Shown here: piece after piece, positions 62,106 to 64,000 of the stretch
Position numbering within the stretch: the stretch's first letter is position 1
How the letters are laid out: each line of letters starts with the position of its first letter
Assembly (NCBI GenBank): GCA_000320545.1
Contig: ADNK01001960.1
Coordinates: forward strand, 1-64,000
Length of the DNA: 64,000 bases
Reading direction: 5' to 3'
From: Bigelowiella natans CCMP2755
Lineage: Eukaryota; Protista; Cercozoa
The notes under the pieces: generated by a model
Databases searched by the model: none
Told to the model about the DNA's origin: nothing
What the model saw: the letters and a program-made list of their open reading frames with translations, nothing else
Program-made: the position numbers and the translations under genes

Positions 62106-62377
62106 GGAATGGCGGTGAAAGGGATGAGGGAAAGAACTATCTCTCGCTAAATGCTACATTAAAATCATCATCTAATGAATGTCTGCGTGTCCCGTGTGCG
62201 TCGTCGTCGTATAACATACGTGTTCCCGGAATGGATAATGGTGACGGGTAAGAACGACTCACTCAAAACCTGTGCGTTGTTAGGATGATCTTCATTTAAT
62301 ATATAATAAAAAGAACATAACGACACCGTAACTTTAATCATCAGGATTGCATTGATTTGAGGAATGCTTATGCTCTC

Positions 62378-63241
62378 TCATTTGTCAATTATTCTCTCCC
62401 GACAACACAGTCTTCGAGGACGGCGAAATGCCACCGATACTGCTAACGCATTTTCCAACAGCAGCACCTTCTCCCTTTTCTGGCAAGATTCGTGCAGAGA
62501 CGAGGAGTCCATCCGCACATGTCCATCCTCCCATGTGTAATCTTGCCCGATGTACTTCTGCCAGAAAAAAACAACACACATCATTTTCGAACGTGTGGAA
62601 AGAGAAAGGCGATTTGGAATTAGTCATCCCTTATATTCACGCCAGGGCATTCATCGTCATCATTATCATCATACCATCATCACCATCATCATCATCATCA
62701 TCATCTGCAGCAGCAGCAGTGTCAAAATCGATATGACGAATAACGAGCAATGAGAATTGAAAAGCAAGAATCTCTCAAATCTCGCATATTTCTTGCTTGG
62801 AACGCACTTTCCCCTCCATCCCTTCGCTGACCTGAATGCTGTGGCAGTCCCCACTGAAGTATGCTTCAAGGAATTTCCATACTACATCGTCCTAGGGAGG
62901 GGATGATGATACATTGAGGTCGCGACGAATTGACAGTGCTGACAATGTGGTAACTATATACAATCACTCATCAAGCAAAGCGCATTGATATATGCATGGG
63001 TATCGAAGTTTCCTCAGTGATTTTCTACCATTTCCGAGGGTGAATCGAGATGATAACTCGTCTTGACCTCCTCCTCCTGATCCTCCTCCTCCTCCTGATC
63101 CTCCTCCTCCTCCTCCTCCTCCTCCTGTTGCTGCTGCTTCGGCTGCTGCTGTAGTGGGTTCCAATGCTTCTCATTCTTTTGGCAAGATTCCAAGCTAGGC
63201 CCATACCATCTTGGGGGTGAGGAAGAGAGAAGGAACGATAG

Positions 63242-63274
<33 letters not shown>

Positions 63275-63499
63275 GACACCGATCACACAATGAATGATGC
63301 CAACAACGTCGAATAACGCAAGAAAAACAAATGCACACACACACACACACACACGCACGCACACGGAAGCATATGTAAGGCAGGATGCAGGTGCAATTCA
63401 GGTTATTCGGCATCAACCAACCGGTAGGGATACGTCTCGTAGAGTTTTGTAATTTTCCCTTTCTCATCAACCTAGGATTTTGCATTCATATAAATCAAC

Positions 63500-63537
<38 letters not shown>

Positions 63538-63620
63538 CAACGGTAACGACAAAAATAATTGAGCATAAAATGCAAATGGGGTGGTGGGCTCCGCAAGTCC
63601 TAAGTAGACGGTTATTACGC

Positions 63621-63657
<37 letters not shown>

Positions 63658-63750
63658 TATCATCACCTCGCCGAACCACGTGAACTCGGCCAGCATCTAC
63701 ACACATAATCGGCAATGGAACAATCACCATCTACGTCAGGAAATCAGAAT

Positions 63751-63793
<43 letters not shown>

Positions 63794-63840
63794 AATATCT
63801 ATTACGTTTACGCTTGAGAGAGAATAAGGAGAGGGAGAAT

Positions 63841-63880
<40 letters not shown>

Positions 63881-64000
63881 AATGTAGGAAGAACAGATTA
63901 TAGCGTGTCAGACAAAATATTAATATACCAGGCAAGGCTTTCTGCTGGGCCTTGCATAGACTTCTGCAGCTATGCCAGAGATTGCCGCTTTGGTATGAGA
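62378..64000 (-). CDS. Exons of an unidentified gene entering from the right edge (possibly upstream of the GAPDH-like region)
   Basis: Coding-like blocks (KYIGQDYTWEDGHVRMD..., DDVVWKFLEAYFSGDCH..., NSTRRIPTGWLMPNNL) lie between microsatellite introns. Confidence 0.3.

Overview
Intron-rich eukaryotic nuclear DNA. It is probably a chlorarachniophyte-type alga, inferred only from signal+transit-peptide-like leaders and short microsatellite-filled introns. Host genes I can support: a plastid-type ABC1/UbiB kinase, a sterol desaturase-family gene, a CCCH/FG Nup42-like nucleoporin, a GH28 polygalacturonase, two head-to-head multi-domain glycosyltransferases, PEX7, an inositol monophosphatase/BPNT-family gene, a PITH+ankyrin gene and a degenerate GAPDH-like gene. 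The main signal is a set of bounded domains (~6.9-17.1 kb, ~21.9-24.5 kb, smaller patches near 42, 52.5 and 60.4 kb) in which TpA has been converted to TpG or CpA, i.e. A>G on both strands, while CTAG is largely spared. The largest domain covers a PIF/Harbinger-type transposase, an NLR-like TPR array and an intron-containing gene. In it Tyr codons became Cys/His codons and (TA)n microsatellites became CA/TG mosaics. This looks like a RIP-like genome-defence hypermutation running opposite to fungal RIP. No candidate enzyme for it is visible in this window. Counts are by eye and exon boundaries are approximate.
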